Shown here: positions 1 to 8,431 of the stretch, piece by piece
Layout: every line of letters starts with the position of its first letter
Numbering within the stretch: the first letter of the stretch is position 1
Virus record (IMG/VR): IMGVR_UViG_3300020045_005658
Coordinates: 1 to 27,016 of that record
DNA: 27,016 bases
Strand: one strand, 5' to 3'
Source of the DNA: a virus
Lineage: Duplodnaviria; Caudoviricetes
Made by a program: the position numbers and the translations under genes
The notes under the pieces: generated by a model
What the model saw: the letters and a program-made list of their open reading frames with translations, nothing else
The model's database searches: none
Told to the model about the DNA's origin: nothing

Positions 1-635
1 CACTCACAGACACACAACAAGATTTCTTTGATGCATATCAAGATGGTGAAGAAGCACTCGTTCTGTATGGCTCCGCAGGCACAGGCAAAACTTTTCTAGC
101 GTTGCACCGAGCATTAGAGGATGTTTTGACACCAGAATCTATCTATAAGAAAATAGTAATTGTAAGAAGTTCTGTCCAAGGTAGAGAACAAGGTCATATG
201 CCGGGAGATGTTAATGAGAAGATGGAAGTTTTTGAGTTGCCATATCATGCCGTGTGTGCAGATCTTTTAGGTCGTGCAGATGCATACGAAAAACTTAAAG
301 ATATGGGTAAGATTGAATTTGTTTCAACATCATTCCTTCGCGGGGTAACATTTTCCGATTGTATTATCGTTGCAGATGAGATTCAAAATGAAACTTTTTC
401 TACAATTAGCACATTAATCACTCGCACAGGTAAAAATACCAAACTCGTTATTATGGGTGATGGTATCCAATCAGATTTAGTTCACTCTAAACACGATGTT
501 TCTGGATTTAGAGAATTTATCTCAGTGTCTAAAAATATGGAAGAATTCCGTCATTTTAAATTCACTTCGGATGATATTGTTCGATCTGGAATTTGCCGAT
601 CATGGATTATCCAGTGCGAGAAACTGGGTTTGTAA
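1..635 (+). CDS. phoH: PhoH-family ATPase, 5'-truncated by window edge
   Basis: Frame is open from base 3, upstream of the track ORF, and includes Walker A GSAGTGKT; also FLRGVTF, ADEIQN, GDGIQSDL and DIVRS PhoH motifs. Confidence 0.93.
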   Translation, partial: LTDTQQDFFDAYQDGEEALVLYGSAGTGKTFLALHRALEDVLTPESIYKKIVIVRSSVQGREQGHMPGDVNEKMEVFELPYHAVCADLLGRADAYEKLKDMGKIEFVSTSFLRGVTFSDCIIVADEIQNETFSTISTLITRTGKNTKLVIMGDGIQSDLVHSKHDVSGFREFISVSKNMEEFRHFKFTSDDIVRSGICRSWIIQCEKLGL

Positions 636-647
636 TATAATAATTAT

Positions 648-1049
648 TTGAAAGATATTATGACTAAATTGAAATATAATGAATACGTTCGCCAACTTGG
701 TGACGAGGGAATGTATCGAATGCTTGGAAACATGAGTGAAGTTCCTACCCTAGAAGCAGCAAGACAAGGGAGTGATTCTTTACTTGAGTCACTCCTTGAA
801 TCTAGTGGTCTATCTAAGGCAAAAATTCGCAAGGCTAAATATGCTATTGCTCAGGTCACTTTTCACGGAGCTAACTATCTTGCATTTCTGTATACTATCA
901 ATGGGACTAGCGTAATGCTCCGAGCTACTAACCTTGACACCAAGAAATTCTACATACCGAATGATGTGTGGGTAGTGATGACTAATCGAGAGACTGACGA
1001 GACAGAACTTCGACTAGCAATGTCTCTATCTATGCAAGAATTGAAATAA
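648..1049 (+). CDS. Hypothetical protein (start may be ATG 660)
   Basis: 133-aa ORF colinear with neighbours; no recognised domain. Confidence 0.7.
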   Translation: MKDIMTKLKYNEYVRQLGDEGMYRMLGNMSEVPTLEAARQGSDSLLESLLESSGLSKAKIRKAKYAIAQVTFHGANYLAFLYTINGTSVMLRATNLDTKKFYIPNDVWVVMTNRETDETELRLAMSLSMQELK

Positions 1050-1097
1050 TTTAGAGAGTGAGAGATAAATAACAACAACTCCACTTATAAATTCATT

Positions 1098-2612
1098 ATG
1101 CATTGTAAAAACTGTGACTCAAAAGATATCTCTGTAAAAAATATCCGTAAAAATCAAAACGGAACATCTTCTCAGAGATATCAATGCAATTCTTGTGCCA
1201 AATGGTTCTCTTCGCTGATTAATCTCAAAACAGAAAAACCTATTGCAAATGCTAAACGTTGGGTAATCACTTCTTGCCAGAATAACGCTACAGTCAATGA
1301 AGAATTCTGTAAATCTTTACAATTATATTGTGAAGATAAAGATGCATCTTTATTGATTGTTCCTATTATCTATCGTCCAGATGATCATGAATTGGTTACT
1401 TTCAATATTCCACAAGAATTAGACCATAATCTTATTCGTCATAAAATGAAGATACATAATGAAGTTGTTGTTATGGGATCATTCAACTTTATTCCTACAT
1501 CGGTTAATCCTCTCCAAGGATTAGATGCTCTGTCTAAGGGTGACACGTTAATTGTCCCTTCACCTCAATTGAGAATGAAGTCTCTTGCTGTATCAACTAA
1601 TCGACACCCTGCTATACTTCATACAACAGGGGCAATTTCTAATCCAGAATATACGAATACTAAGGTTGGTGAAAAAGCTCTGTTCAATCACTCATATTCT
1701 GCTATAGTAGTAGAGATTGATTCTGACGACGATTTTCATATTCGTACATTGAACGCTGATGAAAATGGTGTGTTCTATGATCTAGGATACAAATATCACC
1801 CATCTGGAAAAATTGAATTTGAATATCCAGAAGCATTAGTGACAGGTGATGAGCATGGAATAATGGCGGATCCTGTGGTAGAATCCGTCACATATACCGG
1901 TGATGATTCTATTGTTCGAACCCTAAAACCAAAATTTGTCATTCGTCATGATGTTCTAGATTGTGCATCGATTTCACACCATACACGCAAAGACACCATT
2001 AAAAATGTCGGTAAGGCAATGTTCGGATCAAACAAAATTGAAGATGAACTTGCAGGTACGGTAGATTATCTCCTTCGTACAAGTCAGTTGCCAGATGTAA
2101 AATTTGAGAGTATAATCGTAGATTCTAATCATAATTCTCACCTTACTCGTTGGTTTTCTGATATCGATATTCGAACTGAGCCTCACAATGCACTTTTCTA
2201 TCATAAGTATATGTGGAAAATTTTAGATTCTATGGAGCAAACACCTACAGGATTTAGTCACATTAATCCATTCGAGCAATTCTGCAAAGATATTGGCGTA
2301 CCAAGATTGAGGTTTCTATCTAAAGACGAGAGTTTTATGGTGGCAGACGTAGAACTTGGTCAACATGGTGATAAAGGCGTGAATGGTGCTAAAGGTGCAA
2401 TTTCACAGTTTGCTAACCTACCATCAAAATACGTTATTGGACATAGTCACACACCAGGAATTGTTTTTGGTGCGTATCAAGTCGGAACCTCGTCATATAA
2501 AAAGTTAGACTATACTGCTGGATTGAGTTCATGGATGAATAGCCATTGTATCGTGTATGGAAATGGTAAACGTCAAATGATCAATATTATCAATGGAAAG
2601 TGGAAAGCGTGA
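1098..2612 (+). CDS. T5 A1-like calcineurin-type metallophosphoesterase/nuclease with N-terminal Cys4 zinc ribbon
   Basis: GDEH, HDVLD, SNHNSH, QHGDKGVNG and GHSHTP metallophosphoesterase motifs; ITSCQNN and YQVGT resemble T5 A1; CxxC...CxxC at N-terminus; GATAAATA at 1064-1071. Confidence 0.75.
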   Translation: MHCKNCDSKDISVKNIRKNQNGTSSQRYQCNSCAKWFSSLINLKTEKPIANAKRWVITSCQNNATVNEEFCKSLQLYCEDKDASLLIVPIIYRPDDHELVTFNIPQELDHNLIRHKMKIHNEVVVMGSFNFIPTSVNPLQGLDALSKGDTLIVPSPQLRMKSLAVSTNRHPAILHTTGAISNPEYTNTKVGEKALFNHSYSAIVVEIDSDDDFHIRTLNADENGVFYDLGYKYHPSGKIEFEYPEALVTGDEHGIMADPVVESVTYTGDDSIVRTLKPKFVIRHDVLDCASISHHTRKDTIKNVGKAMFGSNKIEDELAGTVDYLLRTSQLPDVKFESIIVDSNHNSHLTRWFSDIDIRTEPHNALFYHKYMWKILDSMEQTPTGFSHINPFEQFCKDIGVPRLRFLSKDESFMVADVELGQHGDKGVNGAKGAISQFANLPSKYVIGHSHTPGIVFGAYQVGTSSYKKLDYTAGLSSWMNSHCIVYGNGKRQMINIINGKWKA

Positions 2613-2660
2613 CTTTCTATGTTATAATTAACTCATACCAAAATTCAAAAGGAAATTATC

Positions 2661-2804
2661 ATGCGCAAACATAAACGTCACCATTGTTCAAAGTTTTACT
2701 TGTTAGTAACTAAATTGAAATTTAGTAAATCTTCATTTGTTGAAGTGTGGCAAAAACCATATGATTTTCGATTTAAACTTTCCGGAACTTATACAAATGA
2801 ATAA
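2661..2804 (+). CDS. Small basic hypothetical protein, 47 aa (MRKHKRHHCSKFY...), not in ORF track
   Basis: Follows TGTTATAAT (2620-2628) and RBS AAAAGGAA; its stop overlaps the next ATG (ATGAATAA). Confidence 0.6.
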   Translation: MRKHKRHHCSKFYLLVTKLKFSKSSFVEVWQKPYDFRFKLSGTYTNE

Positions 2805-3066
2805 CTATGAAGTCAAAGTGACCAAGATTAATAATCGATTCCATGCCCGGTTAGTTTATCTTGGTAAATGTATCGATGAAATGGCATGTGAACTTCGTAT
2901 CGATATTGGATACATTTCTAGATACATGATTCGGATGGAAGATAAATCGGGTGGCGATAAATTTACATCGGCATCTCGTCTACGGATGAATACCAATCCA
3001 GATAACTTTGGATACCCAAAAGGTAAAGTTTGGCATTCTTCTAGAATCCAAAAGGAACAAGAATAA
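2797..3066 (+). CDS. Hypothetical protein, 89 aa (MNNYEVKVTKI...)
   Basis: ATG 2797 is translationally coupled to the upstream small ORF; the track start at 2737 is less likely. Confidence 0.7.
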   Translation: MNNYEVKVTKINNRFHARLVYLGKCIDEMACELRIDIGYISRYMIRMEDKSGGDKFTSASRLRMNTNPDNFGYPKGKVWHSSRIQKEQE

Positions 3067-3099
3067 ATTAGTGGTATAATTAATACAAGAATACTTTGT

Positions 3100-3173
3100 A
3101 CGGCCTTAGCTCAGTTGGATAGAGCAAAATTTTTCTAAAGTTTAGGTCACTGGTTCGACCCCAGTAGGCCGTA
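3100..3173 (+). tRNA. tRNA-Arg(UCU), no encoded CCA, acceptor stem extended by 13 bp of flank pairing
   Basis: Acceptor ACGGCCT/AGGCCGT, D arm GCTC/GAGC, anticodon loop TTTCTAA (TCT 3134-3136), T arm ACTGG-TTCGACC-CCAGT. Confidence 0.9.
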
Positions 3174-3187
3174 CAAAGTATTCTTAG

Positions 3188-3223
3188 GCGACCTTAGCTC
3201 AGTCGGTAGAGCAGGAAACTCAT
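3188..3223 (+). pseudogene. 5' half of a tRNA(CAU) (Met/Ile2 type), ending right after the anticodon
   Basis: GCGACCT-TA-GCTCAGTCGGTAGAGC-A-GGAAA-CTCAT then unrelated sequence; no matching 3' half seen in the window. Confidence 0.75.
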
Positions 3224-3247
3224 GTAAGATTAATGAAAGTGTTTTGT

Positions 3248-3354
3248 GCGAGTTTAGCTCATCGGTTAGAGCAGGGTACTCTCGCAAAAGGGCTCTATTA
3301 AATAGAACCCTTTGGATAATGCCTTGGTGACTGGTTCAACTCCAGTAACTCGCA
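3248..3354 (+). tRNA. tRNA(CAU) (Ile2/Met-like; GAU in an alternative register) interrupted by a 34-nt hairpin insertion in the anticodon
   Basis: Acceptor GCGAGTT/AACTCGC, D arm, anticodon stem GGGTA/TGCCT, T arm ACTGG-TTCAACT-CCAGT; removing 3282-3315 restores the loop CTCATAA. Confidence 0.8.
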
Positions 3355-3364
3355 CAAAACACTT

Positions 3365-4129
3365 TTATATAGAATACTTAAAATCTGCAATACTATCTAG
3401 TGTGAATTTATTTTTCTTAATTAAATTTATTGCAGTTTTAGTAATCACTACTAATTCTTTACTGTGTGTATTAATTAATGAATTCCATTTTGCAAGATCT
3501 TTATCTTTTTGCATACCTTTAACTTCGATGTAGACATCTGTATCTGGTAAATAAAAATCTGGGAAATATGATCTGGTACCTTCAAATTCATATGCAAACG
3601 GAATTTCTGGTTGTTTTATCGTAATATTATTTGAAATACAAAATTCTACAAATAACTGTTCCCAACTACCTAAAACTTTAAATCCATTGGAACATATTAA
3701 TTCTTTAACATTGCCACGATTATATGTACCTCTATAAGAATCTGGATGATCTAATACAGCTTTCTGCATTGCAATAGAAATATTTTTAATGTTTTGTTCT
3801 GAATTTTTGCGACCTGTTCCTGCAACACTTTGCTTTTCTCTAGTTTCTCTAGATACTATATATTCTGTTTTAATATTATTTTTGTCTATAAATTGATTGC
3901 ATGGAGTTTGTCTATTTATATTCATTTTACATAGTGATTCATGTCTTTTATTAGTTGTATGTTCTCCGCAGTGAATACATATTTTTTCAAATTTTTTGAT
4001 TTGACCTATATTACTAGCCTTGCCTCCAGACTGACACTGTTTTGAGTTATAATGTATTTGTAAATTGTTTACACTAACTTCTGATCTACATAACAAACAC
4101 GATACTTTATTTTTGATGTGACTTGACAT
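3365..4129 (-). CDS. Putative free-standing homing endonuclease: Zn-finger, NUMOD3-like segment and PD-(D/E)XK (TnsA-N-like) nuclease, 254 aa
   Basis: YFPDFYL...YIEVKG nuclease motif; SRETREKQS NUMOD3-like motif; Cys/His clusters; ATG 4129 has a GGAGA RBS; opposite strand to the host genes. Confidence 0.78.
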   Translation of the reverse strand: MSSHIKNKVSCLLCRSEVSVNNLQIHYNSKQCQSGGKASNIGQIKKFEKICIHCGEHTTNKRHESLCKMNINRQTPCNQFIDKNNIKTEYIVSRETREKQSVAGTGRKNSEQNIKNISIAMQKAVLDHPDSYRGTYNRGNVKELICSNGFKVLGSWEQLFVEFCISNNITIKQPEIPFAYEFEGTRSYFPDFYLPDTDVYIEVKGMQKDKDLAKWNSLINTHSKELVVITKTAINLIKKNKFTLDSIADFKYSI

Positions 4130-4143
4130 GAAATTGTCTCCGA

Positions 4144-4224
4144 TAAATAACAATGAAGGACAGTACGGATACCTGTGCTGTGTGGCAAAGAGTCTCACTT
4201 CTTTGCCTTACTTCATTATTTAAT
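4144..4224. promoter_or_regulatory. Three-way-junction element upstream of nuclease A, bounded by TAAATA on both strands
   Basis: P1 4152-4158/4211-4217, P3 4160-4166/4175-4181, P2 4184-4191/4200-4207; same architecture at 18419-18506. Confidence 0.65.
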
Positions 4225-4280
4225 CAAAATGAAATTTCAATGAATCTTGTGTTATAATTACACTAAGAAAAATTCTTAAC

Positions 4281-4375
4281 TAATCTAATTGCACTGCCTT
4301 CTGCAGAAGGTGTTTGGTTGCAATGTTATCGTAGGTACTAAAACGGTTCGATTCCGAGTCAGTGCAATTAGATTA
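4281..4375 (+). ncRNA. tRNA-like module closed by a 16-bp perfect inverted repeat
   Basis: TAATCTAATTGCACTG 4281-4296 pairs with 4360-4375; inside are the CCTTCTGCAGAAGG hairpin, an irregular middle arm and CGG-TTCGATT-CCG T arm; promoter at 4250-4258. Confidence 0.6.
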
Positions 4376-4397
4376 ATTTATATCATGAAAGATTATT

Positions 4398-4688
4398 ATG
4401 ACAGAACAAATTGAACAAGAATCAATCCCGGCGTCACCGGAAGTTGTTCCGGTGACGCCGACCGATGAGGTAATAGATCTTATTGAATCACCTTTCCAAC
4501 AGCAATCCAGAGCATTCTGGTTTAAGATCACGATCCCCAATGTTGAACCATTCCATCTCACTGTAATTGCTGTTACTTCTAATGGTGCTAGGGAAGGTAT
4601 CAAACAGCAGTTTCCAGATTCTATATCGTCTTATCTTGGTGTATCTGATAAAATTATGCAGATTCAAGAGCAGACTGTAGTACAATAG
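4398..4688 (+). CDS. Hypothetical protein
   Basis: 96-aa ORF between two RNA genes. Confidence 0.65.
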   Translation: MTEQIEQESIPASPEVVPVTPTDEVIDLIESPFQQQSRAFWFKITIPNVEPFHLTVIAVTSNGAREGIKQQFPDSISSYLGVSDKIMQIQEQTVVQ

Positions 4689-4693
4689 ATAAT

Positions 4694-4768
4694 TCTGGTG
4701 TAATTCAATGGTTAGAATAGTTGCCTTATAAGCGACCTACCCGTGTTCAATTCCCGGCATCAGAACCA
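4694..4768 (+). tRNA. tRNA-Ile(UAU), CCA encoded
   Basis: Acceptor TCTGGTG/CATCAGA, anticodon arm GTTGC-CTTATAA-GCGAC (TAT 4727-4729), T loop TTCAATT with one T-stem mismatch, ACCA end. Confidence 0.88.
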
Positions 4769-4836
4769 ATATATTTATTTGCATGACCATTAAAATGTGT
4801 TATAATTAATCTATCAAAATCAAACGGTAATTAAAA

Positions 4837-5004
4837 ATGAACTCTTACACTACACAAATCGCATCTCTTCTTAAAATTTCGTTGGAACTTGCAGTAAAGG
4901 TCCAATATGAAATGGAATGTGCAGGAATTAATTTTTCTGAGTGTTCTACTCGTAAATTTAACTCTGAAGCAAAACTTGCTTATGCTATCGTTAAAGGTAT
5001 CTAA
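4837..5004 (+). CDS. Small hypothetical protein, 55 aa (MNSYTTQIASLL...), not in ORF track
   Basis: Open frame directly after TGTTATAAT (4798-4806). Confidence 0.65.
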   Translation: MNSYTTQIASLLKISLELAVKVQYEMECAGINFSECSTRKFNSEAKLAYAIVKGI

Positions 5005-5074
5005 TTAATTTCTTGGTTAAGATAGTGAACCATATCTCTAAAACTATCTATTCTTTAACTTTAGGAAATTTATT

Positions 5075-5275
5075 ATGCATGTCAAAAATCAACAAAAATT
5101 TACATCTCGTCGTACCGGCGATGTTATCAAAGTGACTAAGATCAAGCGAGATATTAGTCTAGACAGTAAATTTGATGTTATTACCGTTGCCGACACAAAA
5201 AATGGCAAAGTGATTCAAGGTACTCAACGTACCGTCTATGCCGATTCTATTCGTCGTCGATACTTTAAGGTCTAA
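5075..5275 (+). CDS. Small basic hypothetical protein
   Basis: 66 aa, Lys/Arg rich, AGGA RBS. Confidence 0.7.
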   Translation: MHVKNQQKFTSRRTGDVIKVTKIKRDISLDSKFDVITVADTKNGKVIQGTQRTVYADSIRRRYFKV

Positions 5276-5282
5276 TTGAAGA

Positions 5283-5642
5283 ATGAGATATGGTATCATT
5301 GGCTCTCGTTCATTCTTGGACTACGGTCTATTAAAGTCTATTCTCGTTAGACATAACATATCTCAGATTATATCTGGTGGCGCAATAGGCGCAGATTCTC
5401 TTGCTGCCACCTTCTCAAAAGAAAACAATATTCCTCTCGTAGAGTATCTTCCAGATTATAAAAAGTATGGTAAGAAAGCCCCATTTGTTAGGAATAAGTT
5501 GATTGTCAATAGTTCAGATATCATTATTGCATTTTGGGATTTGACGTCTACCGGCACTAAACATTCTCTTGATTATGCTAAGCATAAGAAGATTCGGTCC
5601 ATAGTTGTAGATTTTTCTGGAAATATTTCTAGATATAAATAG
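5283..5642 (+). CDS. SLOG-superfamily protein (YspA/DUF2493-like)
   Basis: GSRSF, SGGAIGADSLA, RNKLIV and AFWD..STGTKH motifs. Confidence 0.85.
   Translation: MRYGIIGSRSFLDYGLLKSILVRHNISQIISGGAIGADSLAATFSKENNIPLVEYLPDYKKYGKKAPFVRNKLIVNSSDIIIAFWDLTSTGTKHSLDYAKHKKIRSIVVDFSGNISRYK
5634..5641 (+). promoter_or_regulatory. T4-type late promoter TATAAATA
   Basis: Exact T4 gp55 consensus about 30 nt upstream of the ClpP-like gene. Confidence 0.6.
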
Positions 5643-5672
5643 CTCAGTCTAACAACCAAACCAAGGAATATT

Positions 5673-6314
5673 ATGCCTGCTATTGATATCAGTGACCTTT
5701 TAGAACTAGATTCTAGAGAACAAGTTTCCTCATTTATTAAGACCACAAAGTCAGAACTTTATTCCCACCAAGTCTTCTTTGATGAAGATATCTGCGAGCC
5801 ACGACAATATCGTGATCTGATCAATCTGCTCTATACATGCGATGATGGTCATGAGTTTAATTTTTTCATGAACACTTCAGGTGGTGTAATGGCAACTGCT
5901 ATTGCAATTGTCGAAGCAATTAAAGCAACAGATGCTAAAGTACGTGCTATTATTGTTGGTGACTGTCATTCTGCGGGTTCTATCATTGCTCTAAATTGTC
6001 ATGAAATTATCGTGTCGGATTCTGCAATGATGATGTGCCACACAGCATCTTATGGTACTGGTGGGAATACTCATAATGTAAAAGCCCATACCGATTTCTC
6101 CACTACATATGTGAATAAATTGTTGGATGGTGCATATACAGGATTTCTATCTATCCAAGAATTGGGTGAATTGAAGAAAGGAATCGAAATGTGGTTCAAT
6201 GCAGAAGAGATTGGAAAGCGTCTAGAGAGCCGTCTAGCGTATATTAACAAGAAGGCAAGTGATACCATTAAAGTTGCTAAAAAGTCTTCTAAAAGCGATC
6301 CTAGTAAACCCTAG
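5673..6314 (+). CDS. ClpP-like serine protease subunit
   Basis: MNTSGG, CHSAGSIIAL (catalytic Ser region), MMCHT (catalytic His) and WFNAEE motifs. Confidence 0.85.
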   Translation: MPAIDISDLLELDSREQVSSFIKTTKSELYSHQVFFDEDICEPRQYRDLINLLYTCDDGHEFNFFMNTSGGVMATAIAIVEAIKATDAKVRAIIVGDCHSAGSIIALNCHEIIVSDSAMMMCHTASYGTGGNTHNVKAHTDFSTTYVNKLLDGAYTGFLSIQELGELKKGIEMWFNAEEIGKRLESRLAYINKKASDTIKVAKKSSKSDPSKP

Positions 6315-6369
6315 GCACAACATACGCTGTTAGGTGTTATAATTAGCATCTAACAGTAACATTTATATT

Positions 6370-8049
6370 ATGATACAAAAAATTGATCTCGAAGAACAAA
6401 TTAATGACGCATTCGTCTCTCTTGGATTTCCACCGCGTGGAAATCAGGTATCGATTTGTCTAGATGTTCTAGACAAGTTTATCAACGAAGAGAAAAGGAA
6501 TGTTTGTTTGTGTGCAGGTACTGGCGTTGGCAAATCAGTCATCTCTGCGGTTATTGCTAGAGTGTTGGATAAAGCAACACCGGACAATAATGCGTTGCCG
6601 TCTATCACTTGTGTAGGCACTAACGCTCTATCAAAACAATATTCGGAATCCTTCTCTGATCTTGGAAAATATGAATATTTTCAAATTATGGGAGCGTCTA
6701 ATTATTCTTGTGCGTTCATGGAAGGTCAATTATCAAACCCTATCAAGACTGCCGACCAGTGCGTGAAGTCAAAACTCATGCCACAAGAAGTCGATAGATA
6801 TTGTAAAGGTTGCGAGTATGATGAAGCTAAGAAGGTAGTAAATTCTACTGCTAATCTTGTCACAAATTATACCTATTATATGATTTCTGCTCTGGCGTCA
6901 AATCATCTTAAGAAACGTAAATTATTTGTCGCAGACGAATCGCATACACTTAACGAATGGTTTTGCTCTTATGCCGAAATCCTAGTATCTGTCGATAATA
7001 TTGACCGATATATCAAAGAATTGGGTGATACAAACGGTAAATGTGATGATCAAATTGCCGGATTGATCATGCTTAAACAAAAGGTATCATCATCTGAGAT
7101 TACAGAGGAAAACTATACGCAGTATCTAGAAATTCTATGTTCTTTGTATAATTCTGTCGCTGATGTATTGGCTTCACAGTCTAGTCAATTAAAATCTATT
7201 GACGTAGTTAAATCTGGTAAATATGATAAATTATCCTCTAAATATATCTCATTAGGTTCTAAGATTTCTGATCTATTCAATAACGAATATGACCATGTGT
7301 TTGACAATTCTGTTCCCGGAACATTTACCATCAAGACAATTTTTATCGGTAAGATGATGGGCAAATTGCTTACTGATTACAATTTATTCATGTCGGCAAC
7401 AATTACTCCAGATTATGCTTTTGATGTGTTAGAATTAGATAGAGACGAAACATCGTTTATTCTACTACCGCCAGTATTTCCACCAGAGAATAAACCGCTA
7501 TTTTTCATCGGTAAGAATGCTCTAAACTATAATTCGTTAAAAGATCCTGATGTCATTGATGTCATGAAACATTCTGTGAAATCTATTATCGATTTCCATG
7601 CTGGACAAAAAGGCTTGATTTTATCGCCTTCCTTTTATCTAGGTTCTCAAATGGTATATCGACTCCAAGGGACTAAAGTTTTTGAGCATAAATCTGGTGT
7701 AAAGCTACAGGATCTAATCCTAGATTTTAAGAGATATAAAGGTTCTGCTGTATTGGTGTCGCCTTCTATTTGGGAAGGTTTAGATTTTCCAGAGGATGAC
7801 TCTCGATTCCAAATTATCTTGAAGTCACCGTACCCTAATTTGTCCGACAAGCGTGTTAAACATATTGCCGATAAGTACCCACACATCTACCAGGAGATGA
7901 CACTGTTAAAATTATTACAAGGTGTAGGTAGATCTATTCGATCACCGATAGATACTGCAGCGACATATTTTATTGACCCATCGTCTAAAAAGATATATAA
8001 TGGAAAACAGAATTTATGGAAGGATCATTATGACGTTAAAACAAACTAA
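6370..8049 (+). CDS. DinG/XPD-family SF2 helicase
   Basis: GTGVGKS, DESH, SAT, SIWEGLDF and QGVGRSIRS motifs; four-Cys cluster after motif Ia. Confidence 0.9.
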   Translation: MIQKIDLEEQINDAFVSLGFPPRGNQVSICLDVLDKFINEEKRNVCLCAGTGVGKSVISAVIARVLDKATPDNNALPSITCVGTNALSKQYSESFSDLGKYEYFQIMGASNYSCAFMEGQLSNPIKTADQCVKSKLMPQEVDRYCKGCEYDEAKKVVNSTANLVTNYTYYMISALASNHLKKRKLFVADESHTLNEWFCSYAEILVSVDNIDRYIKELGDTNGKCDDQIAGLIMLKQKVSSSEITEENYTQYLEILCSLYNSVADVLASQSSQLKSIDVVKSGKYDKLSSKYISLGSKISDLFNNEYDHVFDNSVPGTFTIKTIFIGKMMGKLLTDYNLFMSATITPDYAFDVLELDRDETSFILLPPVFPPENKPLFFIGKNALNYNSLKDPDVIDVMKHSVKSIIDFHAGQKGLILSPSFYLGSQMVYRLQGTKVFEHKSGVKLQDLILDFKRYKGSAVLVSPSIWEGLDFPEDDSRFQIILKSPYPNLSDKRVKHIADKYPHIYQEMTLLKLLQGVGRSIRSPIDTAATYFIDPSSKKIYNGKQNLWKDHYDVKTN

Positions 8050-8059
8050 GGAAATAACT

Positions 8060-8431
8060 ATGGAAGAAGCTCCACCCTACCCTACAGGCGTAGTACCTCG
8101 TATGCCAGTCGGCAATCTTCAATTTGGACCTACACCGAATTATGTATCTAATAATGTAGATGGCGCATTTATTCCAGATGGCACCGTGATTAAAGTAAAG
8201 CCTACGAAGAAACATTCTCATTATTTCAAATCGGTAGCTGGACTAGATGAGATTGATGTTTATCGAGTCCTCGAATTATTCAACGTGACTAATCCTGCCA
8301 TTGCTCATGCCGCCAAGAAATTATTGGTCGCTGGTGGTCGAGGTGCAGGCAAAGATATCGATAAAGATATTGCCGAAGCTATCGATACTCTTGTTAGGTG
8401 GCAAAATATGCGTAGGGAAGATAATGTCTGA
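8060..8431 (+). CDS. Conserved phage protein (DUF3310-like C-terminal domain)
   Basis: HSHYFK...IDVYRVLELF...HAAKKLL..G.RG.GKD pattern; ATG 8060 has an AAGGA RBS. Confidence 0.7.
   Translation: MEEAPPYPTGVVPRMPVGNLQFGPTPNYVSNNVDGAFIPDGTVIKVKPTKKHSHYFKSVAGLDEIDVYRVLELFNVTNPAIAHAAKKLLVAGGRGAGKDIDKDIAEAIDTLVRWQNMRREDNV

Noticed and set aside
1098-1220. IS1 element
   Set aside because: Only a zinc ribbon fused in frame to a phosphoesterase; no InsB domain or terminal repeats.
3282-3315. Self-splicing group I intron or archaeal bulge-helix-bulge intron
   Set aside because: 34 nt cannot hold a group I core, and no 3-4-3 BHB geometry could be drawn.
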